Assembly (NCBI GenBank): GCA_902388735.1
Contig: CABMQL010000001.1
Coordinates: forward strand, 44,064 to 108,063
DNA: 64,000 nucleotides
Direction: 5' to 3'
From: an uncultured Eubacteriales bacterium
GTDB taxonomy: Bacteria > Bacillota > Clostridia > Oscillospirales > Oscillospiraceae
This document shows positions 39,701 through 48,189 of the stretch, piece by piece; position 1 is the first letter of the stretch, and the number at the start of each line of letters is the position of its first letter. Position numbers and translations under genes: made by a program. The notes beneath the pieces were generated by a model. It ran no database searches. It was not told where the DNA came from and saw nothing but the letters and a program-made list of their open reading frames with translations.

Positions 39701-40217
39701 GCGCATCCGGGTAGCCGGCGTGGTGACCTCCAATAAAACCCGTCCTACAAAGAACAATTCCCTCATGGCCTATGTAGTGGTGGAGGACGAGATCGCCTCC
39801 ATTGAGGTGCTGTGCTTCCAGCGCTCCATTGACCAGTGCGGGTCCTATATGCAGGTCAATCTCCCGGTGCTGGTGACCGGACGGCTCTCCGTGCGGGATG
39901 AAAAGCCGCCGCAGATCCTATGCGACACCATCTATCCGCTGGAATATCAGCAGGACCCGCTGCAGCAGCTGGCGGGCAAGGCGGATGTGAAAAAAGAGAC
40001 CTCGGTCCTGTACCTGAAGGTGCCGGGCCTGGATAGCCCGGAGTTTCGGCATCTGAAGCTGGTGATGACCATGTTTGAAGGGCAGATGCCCGTAAAGATC
40101 CGCCTGGCGGATACCGGCAAGCTGCTGGGTACCACCTGTATGAACCACCCGGCCCTTGTGCAGGAGTGCGAGGAATGGCTGGGCAAAGAAAACGTAGTCC
40201 TCCGAACAAAAACATAA
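36732..40217 (+). CDS. dnaE: DNA polymerase III subunit alpha
   Basis: 1161 aa. PHP domain start MSFVHLHVHTEYSLLDG and polymerase core motifs. Confidence 0.95.
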   Translation: MSFVHLHVHTEYSLLDGACRIRDLPRRIKEMGQTACAITDHGVMYGAIDFYRACKAEGIHPVIGCEVYVAARTRFDKLHEFDAESRHLVLLCKNETGYRNLSYMVSQAFVEGFYIKPRIDLDLLREHAEGLIALSACLAGEIPKRILHGNYDGAKAYALQMQEIFGPDNFYLELQDHGIPEQAEVNRSLLKIHQETGIPLVCTNDAHYLRKEDAESHDILLCIQTGKTVDDENRMRYEPRNFYLRSTEEMESLFSAYPEAVENTQRIADRCQLEFTFGKYHLPEFKLPPGYDSPTYLRKLCDEGFVERYGQEKESYRKQLTYELDMIEKMGFTDYFLIVSDFVRYAKSVGIPVGPGRGSAAGSMVSYCLHITDIDPMEYNLYFERFLNPERVSMPDIDMDFGDTRREEVVDYVRRKYGDDHVAQIVTFGTMAARAAIRDVGRVLSIPYNEVDAVAKLVPATPHITLDDALKLSKQLKDQYEADPKIRRLIDMAKALEGMPRHASTHAAGVVITKKPVYQYVPLARNDESIVCQYTMVTLEELGLLKMDFLGLRNLTVLDDAIKMLPQSEHFDLLKIPMDDPEVFQMLTQGKTSGVFQMESTGMTGVCLGLKPQSIEDITAIIALYRPGPMDSIPRFIACKQDPKLITYKHPSLEPILSVTYGCIVYQEQVIQIFQQLGGYSLGQADMVRRAISKKKAKEIEKERYSFVHGDPERGIKGCIANGIPEATAEAIYDEIYDFANYAFNKAHAVSYAVVAYQTAYFKCHYTKEYMAALLTSVLHNSDKVAEYIAECRDCGIQVLPPDINHSYDGFTVDGEDIRFGLVAIKNIGRGFIQTLIQRRDKEGPFTSFLDFCQRMDDCTDMNKRAVENLIRSGAFDSLGAKRSQLVAVFETVMDSVSASRRQNLEGQMDFFSMGPSASAKLHQIQLPDIPEYSAVEKMNMEKTTTGLYLSGHPMNDYRDLAKAAHAVPIHDILEDFEQEGGPTRFADDQRIRVAGVVTSNKTRPTKNNSLMAYVVVEDEIASIEVLCFQRSIDQCGSYMQVNLPVLVTGRLSVRDEKPPQILCDTIYPLEYQQDPLQQLAGKADVKKETSVLYLKVPGLDSPEFRHLKLVMTMFEGQMPVKIRLADTGKLLGTTCMNHPALVQECEEWLGKENVVLRTKT

Positions 40218-40242
40218 GGCGATAGAACAATATTTGTAGAGT

Positions 40243-40284
40243 AAAAAAGCAATCCCTCCGGCATAGCCGGAGGGATTGCTTTAG
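40243..40284. terminator. Bidirectional terminator between dnaE (+) and the ferredoxin gene (-)
   Basis: aaaaaagcaatccctccgg-cata-gccggagggattgctTTag. Confidence 0.7.
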
Positions 40285-40303
40285 CGTGCCCAAAAGCCGC
40301 AGA

Positions 40304-40492
40304 TCAGTCTTCCCAGGAGATGGCCTGCACGGGGCAGGCGTCGATGGCTTCCTGCACGGCGGCCTTGTTTTCCGGGGTGGTGTGGCCGTATGCCTCCGCC
40401 TTGCCGTCGGCATTGACCTCAAAGACCTCCGGCACGGTGCTGATGCACAGCCCGCAGCCGATGCAGGTGTCCTGATTCACTATGGCTTTCAT
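40304..40492 (-). CDS. Small single-cluster 4Fe-4S ferredoxin
   Basis: 62 aa. CIGCGLC...CP cysteine pattern. Strong SD AGGAGG. Confidence 0.8.
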   Translation of the reverse strand: MKAIVNQDTCIGCGLCISTVPEVFEVNADGKAEAYGHTTPENKAAVQEAIDACPVQAISWED

Positions 40493-40505
40493 CGGGTATA
40501 TCCTC

Positions 40506-40829
40506 CTAAAAAATTACTACCAGCAGCATCTTGAACTGCTCCTTGCCGTACACGGCATGGGGGTGCCTGGCGGGCATCACGATGGACTCCCCCTGGTGCA
40601 GTTCATACTCCACGCCGTCGATGGTAATGCGTCCAACGCCGTCTAAGCAGGTGACGAAGGCGTCGCCGCCGGACTCATGGGTGCTGATCTCCTCGTCCTT
40701 GTCAAAGGCGAACAGGGTCACGCTGACGGCGCTGTTCTGCACCAGCGTGCGGCTGACCACCTGGCCCGGCTGATACTGGATCTGTTCCTTCAGCGTCAGC
40801 ACTTCCGAAAAGGCAATGTTCTTCATCAT
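40506..40829 (-). CDS. Cupin-domain protein
   Basis: 107 aa with a conserved His/Glu cupin core. Start moved to MMKNIAF (SD AGGAGG 8 nt upstream); the tool's GTG start lacks an SD. Confidence 0.7.
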   Translation of the reverse strand: MMKNIAFSEVLTLKEQIQYQPGQVVSRTLVQNSAVSVTLFAFDKDEEISTHESGGDAFVTCLDGVGRITIDGVEYELHQGESIVMPARHPHAVYGKEQFKMLLVVIF

Positions 40830-40938
40830 AGCTTTATCCTCCTGTTGGCTCACATCATTTTTCAGTATCTGCTTGCGAGCAGAAATCTATGCATAAATCA
40901 TACACCCATTTCGGCAAATTGTATATTGCAAATGCATC

Positions 40939-40982
40939 AAAAAAGGAAACCGATGGAAAAGCTCCATCGGTTTCCTTTTATC
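40939..40982. terminator. Terminator for the Cys-rich hypothetical gene (also readable bidirectionally)
   Basis: aaaaaaggaaaccgatgg-aaaagc-tccatcggtttccTTTTat. Confidence 0.7.
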
Positions 40983-41808
40983 AGTGGCAGGCGCAGTAGC
41001 TGCGGGTGCCGTTATAATCCTTGGGCATTTCCACGGTGTTGGGCGGGAAGAATTCGTTCATGGGGAAGCATACGTTTTTGAACAGCCCGCAGGGATCCTC
41101 CGGATCGCCGCCGCTGCACTCGGATTGCGGGATGCAGTAGTCGTAGGCGGGGATCAGCAGCTGCGTATCCCGCTCCAGCCGTACCAGGGAGAACTGACCC
41201 AGGGTCACATAGTAGCGCCTGGATCCGGCCGACTCCAGGACCAGCGGACTGCTGAAGGCTGCGGCAATGGCGGCCGGGATCTCCGAAACGTTCCCCTCGC
41301 CGGTGCCGGAGGAACTGCCGCCCTCTGCAATGCGGGTGTCCAGCACGATGGGGTCCACGGCTTCTACCACAGCCGTGGGCAGACTCCTCTGCGGCGCGAT
41401 GTTTTCCGGTGCGGTACCGGAGGAGAAGGTCTTGGCGCTGCCCTCGCTGCCGAATAGAATGCAGCGCTTGTCAAATACGCATAAGCCCTCTACCTCGGTG
41501 GACCGGGGCGTCCCGGTGCCCACCTGCAGTGTCACCCGGTAGAAAAATCGCATGTCAATGGAGTAAAACCCCCGGTTAAAGGTGACCGGCTCCACATCGG
41601 TGTAAACGTACAGCAGCTCAGCGCACCCGCCCTTGATGATCTGCGCGGTGCTCAGCACCTCCTGCGCCGCCTGGGTGGGATAAAACCGCAGATCCTCGAT
41701 ACAGTCTTTGTCCCTGCAACTGTCATAGATCTTCTTGGTGTGAATACACACGGACTCTCTCACGCTGCTCAAGTCGCAGACCGGGCCCGGCATTCCGTTT
41801 TCAGGCAT
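40981..41808 (-). CDS. Hypothetical cytoplasmic Cys-rich protein (275 aa), no recognised domain; possibly sporulation-associated
   Basis: Strong SD AGGAGG 8 nt before the ATG and its own terminator. 12 Cys, clustered near both termini. A sigma-E-like -10 (CATACAcT) lies ~45 nt upstream of the start. Confidence 0.6.
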   Translation of the reverse strand: MPENGMPGPVCDLSSVRESVCIHTKKIYDSCRDKDCIEDLRFYPTQAAQEVLSTAQIIKGGCAELLYVYTDVEPVTFNRGFYSIDMRFFYRVTLQVGTGTPRSTEVEGLCVFDKRCILFGSEGSAKTFSSGTAPENIAPQRSLPTAVVEAVDPIVLDTRIAEGGSSSGTGEGNVSEIPAAIAAAFSSPLVLESAGSRRYYVTLGQFSLVRLERDTQLLIPAYDYCIPQSECSGGDPEDPCGLFKNVCFPMNEFFPPNTVEMPKDYNGTRSYCACH

Positions 41809-41964
41809 CCAGATAACCTCCTATTAAGTAATGAAAGAAGCTTCTTTCACTCCAGTGTATGCAGCGGGGGCGTGAGTGTGTGCCCGGGGAGATAGCACGA
41901 TGATTTTTCCCTGTACAAATAGGCGGTTTTGCCGTATAATAGATGGGGAAAAGGGGGCGATAGT

Positions 41965-42489
41965 ATGGACGCGTCATTCATTCATGACAAATTGGAGATC
42001 AAATTTCTGATCCTGTATATTGCTGCCCGGGTCTCGGAGCCGATCCCCATAGAGGGGATGCAGGAGCTGACTCTGTGCGACAGCGGCATTGATTATTTTT
42101 CTTTTTCCGAGTGTCTGAACGACCTGGTGCAGACGGAGCATTTGACACTCTCGCCGGAGGGGCTGTACGCCATCACGCCCAAGGGCCTGCGCAACAGCGA
42201 GATCTGCGAGAGCAGCCTGCCCATGTCCGTGCGCCTGCTGACGGACCGCAATGTGGCCGCCTATAACCAGATGCTGCTGCGCCGTGCGCAGGTCCGCTCC
42301 CGGGTCATCCCCCGGGAAAACGGCACGTTCACCGTGGAGCTGCGCTTCAGCGATGATGTGGATCAGCTGATGCACCTGGAGCTGATGGCCGCCACCGAGG
42401 AACTGGCGAAAGACCTGGCGGCCCGGTTCCAGAAAAACCCGGAGCAGGTCTATACCCAGCTTATGAACGCCTTGTTTAGCCCACAATAA
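41965..42489 (+). CDS. Conserved hypothetical protein (DUF4364-like), immediately upstream of the spoIIIA operon
   Basis: 174 aa. SD AAAGGGGG and its own terminator. The family assignment is from memory and is uncertain. Confidence 0.6.
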   Translation: MDASFIHDKLEIKFLILYIAARVSEPIPIEGMQELTLCDSGIDYFSFSECLNDLVQTEHLTLSPEGLYAITPKGLRNSEICESSLPMSVRLLTDRNVAAYNQMLLRRAQVRSRVIPRENGTFTVELRFSDDVDQLMHLELMAATEELAKDLAARFQKNPEQVYTQLMNALFSPQ

Positions 42490-42507
42490 TATATGCTGTA
42501 TGTTGCA

Positions 42508-42541
42508 ATCCCCCGTGTCTCAGGCACGGGGGATTTTTTTT
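42508..42541 (+). terminator. Intrinsic terminator after the DUF4364-like gene
   Basis: atcccccgtg-tctcagg-cacgggggat followed by TTTTTTTT. Confidence 0.8.
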
Positions 42542-42570
42542 GCATAAAAGCGGACAGCCCCTCATACAGT
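42542..42570 (+). promoter_or_regulatory. Putative sigma-E-type promoter of the spoIIIA operon (-10 CATACAgT)
   Basis: gCATAaaa ... cctCATACAGT about 25 nt upstream of the spoIIIAA start. Fits the mother-cell sigma-E -10 consensus CATACA-T. Confidence 0.35.
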
Positions 42571-42592
42571 AGGACAACCGAGAAAAGGAGGC

Positions 42593-43516
42593 GTGATCGC
42601 TTTGGTGGAACGCTATGCAATCAGTCAGTATGAGCAGGCGGCGCATTTGCTGCCGGTGCGCTGGCAGCGCATTGCCCTGCAGCTGCCGGACTGGCAGAAG
42701 GAACAGGCGGAGGAGCTGCGCCTGCGGGCGGGTCACCCCATGACGGTGCTGCTGCCCCAGGGGGAGCAGGTCATAGGGGAGGAGTCCGTGGTGACCCAGG
42801 GAGACCTGGAGCTGCTGTGCGACACGGTGACGGGTTACTCCCGCTACGCCGCCGCAGAGACCATGGCCCGGGGATACATAACCGCCAAAGGCGGCTTTCG
42901 CATAGGCTTGTGCGGCACCGCCGTCGTGCAGGAGGGCAGGAGCACCAATCTGCGCAGCCTGTCCTCCGCCTGCGTTCGCATTGCCCGGGAAATGCCGGGT
43001 CTGGCGGAGGACCTGGCGCCCCAGCTGTTTCAGGGCGGCACGTTTTGCAGCACGCTCATCATCGCCCCGCCCGGCCTGGGCAAAACTACGCTTCTGCGGG
43101 ATCTGGTGCGCTGCTTATCCGATGGATCGGAGACCGTGCCGGCCCACCGTGTCTCCCTGGTGGATGAACGGGGGGAGGTGGCGGTCATGGTGCAGGGCAT
43201 GGCGCAAATGGAGATCGGCTGCCACACGGATGTCATGGACGGTTGCCCCAAGGCTGTGGCCATTCCCATGCTGCTGCGCTCGGCCAATCCACAGATCATC
43301 GCCGTGGACGAGATCACCCAGGCGGAGGACATTTTGGCCATGGAGGAAGCCGCCCACTGCGGCGTTCGCTTTGTGGCCACCATCCATGCAGACTCGGCTG
43401 CCGACCTAAAAAAACGTCCCCTGCTGCGCAAGCTGCAGCGCACACAGATCTTTGAAAAAGCCATCTGTATCCGCCTGTCGGACAGGCTCCGCCGCTACCG
43501 GATCGAGGATCTATGA
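42593..43516 (+). CDS. spoIIIAA: Stage III sporulation protein AA (secretion-type ATPase)
   Basis: 307 aa, Walker A PPGLGKTT. GTG start preceded by AAAAGGAGG. Confidence 0.85.
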   Translation: MIALVERYAISQYEQAAHLLPVRWQRIALQLPDWQKEQAEELRLRAGHPMTVLLPQGEQVIGEESVVTQGDLELLCDTVTGYSRYAAAETMARGYITAKGGFRIGLCGTAVVQEGRSTNLRSLSSACVRIAREMPGLAEDLAPQLFQGGTFCSTLIIAPPGLGKTTLLRDLVRCLSDGSETVPAHRVSLVDERGEVAVMVQGMAQMEIGCHTDVMDGCPKAVAIPMLLRSANPQIIAVDEITQAEDILAMEEAAHCGVRFVATIHADSAADLKKRPLLRKLQRTQIFEKAICIRLSDRLRRYRIEDL

Positions 43517-43998
43517 GCAGCAAGGTGATCGGCGCGCTGCTGATCCTGTCGGCAGGCGGAGGGCTGCTTGCGCAGCTATGGCGGCAGGATCGGGCGGAGA
43601 TCCTCTTTCTGCAGGATATGGCCTCGGCGCTGGAGCAGATGGAAGCCGCCATCCGCTTCCGCCGCCTGCCCATGCCGGAGCTTTTGCGGGAACAGACGGA
43701 AAGGCCATACTGCGGGAGTGTTTTTTCCCTGATTTTACAGCATATGGAAAGGGGAGAGCCTTTACAGACTTCCTGGGCCCTGTCCGCACGGTCCATACCG
43801 TGGGCGCAGGCGGCGAATGCACTTTGCGCCCTGGAATTATCCGGCGACGGGCAGCGGCTTGGGGAAAACCTGCGTGCTTGTGCCGATTCCCTGCGCGCGG
43901 TGCTGCGGTGCAGGCAGACCGATAAGCAGCAGCGGCAGAAAATGACCCTGGCCCTGACGGCCTCCTGCTGCGGGCTGCTGGTGATTCTTTTACTGTGA
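43513..43998 (+). CDS. spoIIIAB: Stage III sporulation protein AB
   Basis: 161 aa; position and ATGA overlap. Confidence 0.8.
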   Translation: MSSKVIGALLILSAGGGLLAQLWRQDRAEILFLQDMASALEQMEAAIRFRRLPMPELLREQTERPYCGSVFSLILQHMERGEPLQTSWALSARSIPWAQAANALCALELSGDGQRLGENLRACADSLRAVLRCRQTDKQQRQKMTLALTASCCGLLVILLL

Positions 43999-44007
43999 GG
44001 AGTACAC

Positions 44008-44202
44008 ATGGATGTTGATTTGATTTTCAAGATCGCCGCCGTGGGGATCCTGGTGGCAGTGCTGAATTTGGTGCTGGCCCGCAGCGGCCGAGAGGAGCAG
44101 GCCATGATGACCACCCTGGCGGGGCTGGTGGTGGTACTGATGATGCTGGTGCGGCAGATCAGCGACCTGTTCGACCTGGTCAAGTCCCTGTTTTCCCTGT
44201 AA
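44008..44202 (+). CDS. spoIIIAC: Stage III sporulation protein AC
   Basis: 64-aa two-TM protein. Confidence 0.8.
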   Translation: MDVDLIFKIAAVGILVAVLNLVLARSGREEQAMMTTLAGLVVVLMMLVRQISDLFDLVKSLFSL

Positions 44203-44204
44203 CC

Positions 44205-44591
44205 ATGACGGAGTTGGGGAAAATAGCCGCCATCTGCCTTGTGGGCATTGTGCTGGCGCTGCTGCTGCAGAAAAATAACCCGGAGCTGGCCATTCTGCTG
44301 GCCTTGGCCGTCTGCGCAGGGGTGCTGATTTTCGGGCTGGGACATATGAAAAGCGTCCTGGCCATGCTGGAGCAGATGGCCCAGGCCGGGGGCCTGTCGT
44401 CCGATCTGCTCCAGCCGCTGCTGAAAACCGTGGGCATAGCCCTCGTCAGCCGCACAGGCGCGGAGCTGTGCCGGGATGCGGATCAGAAAGCCATGGCGTC
44501 TGTGGTGGAAGCGGCCGGCGCCTTCAGTGCCGTGGTTGTATCCATTCCGCTTTTGGGCGCGGTGTGGGAGCTGCTGCGGGGGATGCTGTGA
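44205..44591 (+). CDS. spoIIIAD: Stage III sporulation protein AD
   Basis: 128-aa membrane protein. Confidence 0.8.
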   Translation: MTELGKIAAICLVGIVLALLLQKNNPELAILLALAVCAGVLIFGLGHMKSVLAMLEQMAQAGGLSSDLLQPLLKTVGIALVSRTGAELCRDADQKAMASVVEAAGAFSAVVVSIPLLGAVWELLRGML

Positions 44592-45667
44592 TGCGGAAAA
44601 TATTGGTTTTGCTGCTGCTGATTTGGTGCATTGTTCCGGCTTGTGCCGCGGATATCCCCCAGGATCTGACGGATGCCATCCCGGACAGTGCCCGGGAACT
44701 TCTAGACGATACCGACAAGGCCGATAGCTTTACATCACTGACCGATGGTCTGTCCGGCCTGTGGAACCGAACCTGCAAGCTTCTGATAGTGACTGTGCAG
44801 GACAGCCTGGGCGGTGTGATTTTGGTGCTGTCCGCTATTTTGCTGTGTTCGGTGGCAGAGGATTGCTTCAGCGCCGCCGGCGGCAAGCTGTTTGATCCGG
44901 TGCCCCTGGTGGGCACGCTTGTGATTCTCCTGGCGGTGGGGAGCAACATGAAAAATCTCATGGGCCTGGGGGAGGAAACCATCCAGGAGCTGAATGTTTT
45001 CTCCAAGGCGCTTCTGCCTACGCTTTCCGCGGCCACAGCCGCCGGCGGGGGCGCGGTGGCCGCCAGCGTGCGCCAGGTGGCCACGGTGTTCTTTTCGGAC
45101 CTGCTCATGAGCCTGATCCATAGCCTGCTGCTGCCCCTGGTGTGGGTTTTCGTGGCCCTCTCGGCCACGGACGCCATTCTGCCCGCCGGGCGGCTGGGCG
45201 GCATCGCCCGTGGCCTGCAGAAGGGCATTACCTGGCTGCTGTCCGGGAGTCTGCTTTTGTTCACGGGTTATCTGTCCCTGTCCGGTGCCTTCGCCTCATC
45301 GGCGGATAATCTGACCCTGCGGATGACCCGCTCGGCCATCGGCGGGGCGATCCCCGTGGTGGGCAGCATCATATCCGATGCGGCGGATACCATCCTGGCC
45401 GGGGCGGGCGTGCTGAAGCAGTCTGTGGGGATTCTCGGCACACTGACTATCCTGGCGGCCTGCATCCTGCCGTTTTTGAAATTGGGTGTGCAGTATTTGC
45501 TGCTGAAGCTCTCGGCATTTTTTGCGGCCACGGTAGCGCCGGAGCCGCTGGTGAAGCTGGTAGACTCTTTAAGCACCGCCTTTGGTCTGGTGTTGGGAAT
45601 GACCGGCGCGGCGGCAGCGCTTTTGCTGATCTCCGTTGCCTCGTCTGTGATGGTGGTGAGTGTATGA
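44591..45667 (+). CDS. spoIIIAE: Stage III sporulation protein AE
   Basis: 358 aa, signal peptide plus polytopic membrane domain. TGATG overlap with spoIIIAD. Confidence 0.85.
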   Translation: MRKILVLLLLIWCIVPACAADIPQDLTDAIPDSARELLDDTDKADSFTSLTDGLSGLWNRTCKLLIVTVQDSLGGVILVLSAILLCSVAEDCFSAAGGKLFDPVPLVGTLVILLAVGSNMKNLMGLGEETIQELNVFSKALLPTLSAATAAGGGAVAASVRQVATVFFSDLLMSLIHSLLLPLVWVFVALSATDAILPAGRLGGIARGLQKGITWLLSGSLLLFTGYLSLSGAFASSADNLTLRMTRSAIGGAIPVVGSIISDAADTILAGAGVLKQSVGILGTLTILAACILPFLKLGVQYLLLKLSAFFAATVAPEPLVKLVDSLSTAFGLVLGMTGAAAALLLISVASSVMVVSV

Positions 45668-46143
45668 TGGATGCATTTCGGATTTGGCTGATAGGTCTGA
45701 TGGCGGTGGCGCTGATCCTCACGGTGCTCTCGGCGGTGCTCCCGGAGGGCAGCGTAAAGAAGATTGCCGGCGTCACCGGGGGTCTGGTGCTGCTTTTGGT
45801 CATCCTCCGGGGCGTCGGGCAGCTGGATCTGGGGCAGCTGCAGCTGTCTTATGATGACTGCTCCCGGCAGATCAACGAGCGCATCGAAGCCTTCCAGGAG
45901 AAAAGCCGCCGGGACATGGATCTGCTCATACAGGAGCGGTGCAGTGCATATATATCGGAACAGGCGCAGACGTTCGGCCTTGTGTGCAGTCCCCGGGTGG
46001 AAACGGAGCAGGCGGAAGAAAATGTTTTCATCCCGGTCTCTGTCACCATGGATATATCCTATCACGCCGGATTGTCTCAAATCATGGCGGAAAACTTAGG
46101 AATCGATGCACAGCACCAGAAATGGTTGACATCGGAAGGGTAA
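45664..46143 (+). CDS. spoIIIAF: Stage III sporulation protein AF
   Basis: 159 aa, two N-terminal TM segments. Confidence 0.8.
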   Translation: MMDAFRIWLIGLMAVALILTVLSAVLPEGSVKKIAGVTGGLVLLLVILRGVGQLDLGQLQLSYDDCSRQINERIEAFQEKSRRDMDLLIQERCSAYISEQAQTFGLVCSPRVETEQAEENVFIPVSVTMDISYHAGLSQIMAENLGIDAQHQKWLTSEG

Positions 46144-46145
46144 AA

Positions 46146-46640
46146 ATGATGGGAAAGGTAAGATGGAGCGAGCTATGGAAAAAGTACAAATTTGTTCTGC
46201 TGGTGGTGCTGGTGGGCGTCGTATTGATGCTTCTTCCGGTCTCCTCCAAGACGAAAGAACCGGCGGCGGAAACACGGACCTCAGAGGAGAGCTTCGACCT
46301 GGAGGCGGAGGAGCGGCGCATGGAGGAGCTCCTGGGCCGGATCGATGGCGTTGGGAAGCTCCGACTGATGCTGACGCTGCAAAGCGGGACCCGGCTGACC
46401 CTGGCGGAGGACAGCCAAAGGGATCAGGACCGCACGCAGCGGGAGACGGTAACGCTGAACCGGGGCAGCGGCAGCCAGGAGGTCGTGGTCACAAATCGGT
46501 ATTATCCGGTTTATCAGGGCGCGGTGGTGGTGTGTCAGGGCGCCGACAGCAGCGCCGTTCGTCTGGCCATCACGGAAACCGTGCAGGCGCTGACCGGTCT
46601 GCCGTCCGATCGGATCCAGGTGGCAAAGTGGACATCGTAA
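46146..46640 (+). CDS. spoIIIAG: Stage III sporulation protein AG
   Basis: 164 aa, single N-terminal TM plus a YscJ/FliF-like ring domain. Start inferred inside the longer tool ORF. Confidence 0.8.
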   Translation: MMGKVRWSELWKKYKFVLLVVLVGVVLMLLPVSSKTKEPAAETRTSEESFDLEAEERRMEELLGRIDGVGKLRLMLTLQSGTRLTLAEDSQRDQDRTQRETVTLNRGSGSQEVVVTNRYYPVYQGAVVVCQGADSSAVRLAITETVQALTGLPSDRIQVAKWTS

Positions 46641-46654
46641 CGGGAGGACATGGT

Positions 46655-47194
46655 ATGAAGAAGAACTGGAAAAAACGGGCTGTTGTGGGGGCAGTGCTGC
46701 TGTTCGTGTGTGCGGCGGTGTATATGAACTGGCGCTATGCCGGCTCTTTGGAGGACACCTCCAAGGTGCTGGGCGAATCCACTCTGGTGTCCGGAGAAAA
46801 GACCGGTGAGACAGCCGCCGCCGGGCAGCCGGCGGCCAATGAAAACGACTATTTTGCCACGGCCCGGCTCAGCCGCAAGCAGGCCCGGGATAACGCCATC
46901 AACATGCTCAAGGATGCGTCCACAGACGAGAACGCGGACCAATCGGTGCTCAACGAGGCCTCTGAGACGCTGCAGGTGCTGGCAGGCTATACCGTGGCGG
47001 AGTCGCAGATCGAGAACCTGGTCACGGCCAAGGGCTATGCCGACTGCGTGGCCTTCATGGGTGCCGAGAGCATCAGTGTCGTGGTGGACGATGCCGACGG
47101 ACTGGACGCCACGGACGTGGCCCGCATCATGGACATCGTGGTTCAGGAGACCGGCTATGCGCCCAATCAGATCAAGGTCCTGGAATCCGATTAA
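46655..47194 (+). CDS. spoIIIAH: Stage III sporulation protein AH
   Basis: 179 aa, single TM. SD GGGAGGA. The tool ORF 46163..47194 is a GC-frame extension across spoIIIAG. Confidence 0.8.
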   Translation: MKKNWKKRAVVGAVLLFVCAAVYMNWRYAGSLEDTSKVLGESTLVSGEKTGETAAAGQPAANENDYFATARLSRKQARDNAINMLKDASTDENADQSVLNEASETLQVLAGYTVAESQIENLVTAKGYADCVAFMGAESISVVVDDADGLDATDVARIMDIVVQETGYAPNQIKVLESD

Positions 47195-47288
47195 AGGGCC
47201 TGTAAAAAAGGGTTGTAATTTTCCTTGCGGGATGGTATACTTCTAAAGAATAGAATGTATCACTTTATTTGCAAGGAGCGCTAAATCT

Positions 47289-47648
47289 ATGGCTGAAAAT
47301 AAAGAGTATATCACCCAGCAGGAGTCTGCCGGGGCCATTCAGATCTCCGAGGATGTGGTGGCATCCATCGCCACAGCGGCCGCACTGGAGACCGAGGGCG
47401 TCAGCGCCATGATGGGTCCCACCAGCGGCGACCTGAAGCCGGCGCGCAAGATGGCCGCCAAGGGCGTTGTCATTGAGCCGGAGGAGGACGGCCTGTCCAT
47501 CACTCTGTATGTCATGATCCGTTACGGCTTTGCTATGGCCGAGGTAGCCGGCAAGGTGCAGAAGGCCGTCCTGGCCGCCCTGCACGACATGACGGGCTTC
47601 ACCATCCGCGCCGTGAACGTGATGATCGGCGGTATTTGCTTCGACTGA
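47289..47648 (+). CDS. Asp23/Gls24-family alkaline-shock protein (YqhY-like)
   Basis: 119 aa. Conserved position before nusB, as for B. subtilis yqhY. Confidence 0.85.
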   Translation: MAENKEYITQQESAGAIQISEDVVASIATAAALETEGVSAMMGPTSGDLKPARKMAAKGVVIEPEEDGLSITLYVMIRYGFAMAEVAGKVQKAVLAALHDMTGFTIRAVNVMIGGICFD

Positions 47649-47682
47649 TATCCTACAAAAGAGAGAAAAGGAACTAACCTGT

Positions 47683-48132
47683 ATGACACGAAACACAGCC
47701 AGAGAGATCGCTGTCCATCTCGCCTACGAACTCAGCTTTTCGGATCTGCCCGTGGAGGAGTTTTTGGATCAGCAGCTCTCGCCGGAGGTCTTTGCCGACC
47801 TGGCCGGGGAGTATGACCTGTATAACGAGCTGCCCAACGAAAAGCAGCGCCTCTATATCCGCCGCCTGGTCAGCGGCGTCAGTGAGCACGCGGCGGAGTT
47901 GGACTCCTACATTGAAAAATACGCCCAGGGCTGGCGCTTTGAGCGCATCAGCCTGGTGGCCTCGGCCATCATGCGCGTGGCAATGTTTGAGATCCTCTAC
48001 ATGCCGGATATCCCCCATGGTGTCGCCATCAACGAGGCGGTGACCATCGCCAAAAAGTATGACGCCCCGGAGGTCGCAAAGTTTGTCAATGGCATCCTTG
48101 GCAGCTTCCTGCGGGAGGAGATCAAGGAATAA
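47683..48132 (+). CDS. nusB: Transcription antitermination factor NusB
   Basis: 149 aa, NusB family. Confidence 0.92.
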   Translation: MTRNTAREIAVHLAYELSFSDLPVEEFLDQQLSPEVFADLAGEYDLYNELPNEKQRLYIRRLVSGVSEHAAELDSYIEKYAQGWRFERISLVASAIMRVAMFEILYMPDIPHGVAINEAVTIAKKYDAPEVAKFVNGILGSFLREEIKE

Positions 48133-48142
48133 GGCTGCATTT

Positions 48143-48176
48143 CAGGCAGGGCAGAAATGCTCTGCCTGTTTTTCGG
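48143..48176 (+). promoter_or_regulatory. Terminator-like hairpin (10-bp stem + T5) between nusB and xseA that includes the first in-frame ATG of xseA
   Basis: caggcagggc-agaaat-gctctgcctg followed by TTTTTcgg. Confidence 0.5.
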
Positions 48177-48189
48177 TGGAGGTGAGGAT

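Noticed and set aside
46163-47194. 343-aa ORF spanning spoIIIAG and spoIIIAH
   Set aside because: Only the last 179 aa (from the SD-led ATG at 46655) correspond to SpoIIIAH. The upstream part is an out-of-frame read-through of spoIIIAG with a Gly/Arg-rich nonsense translation.
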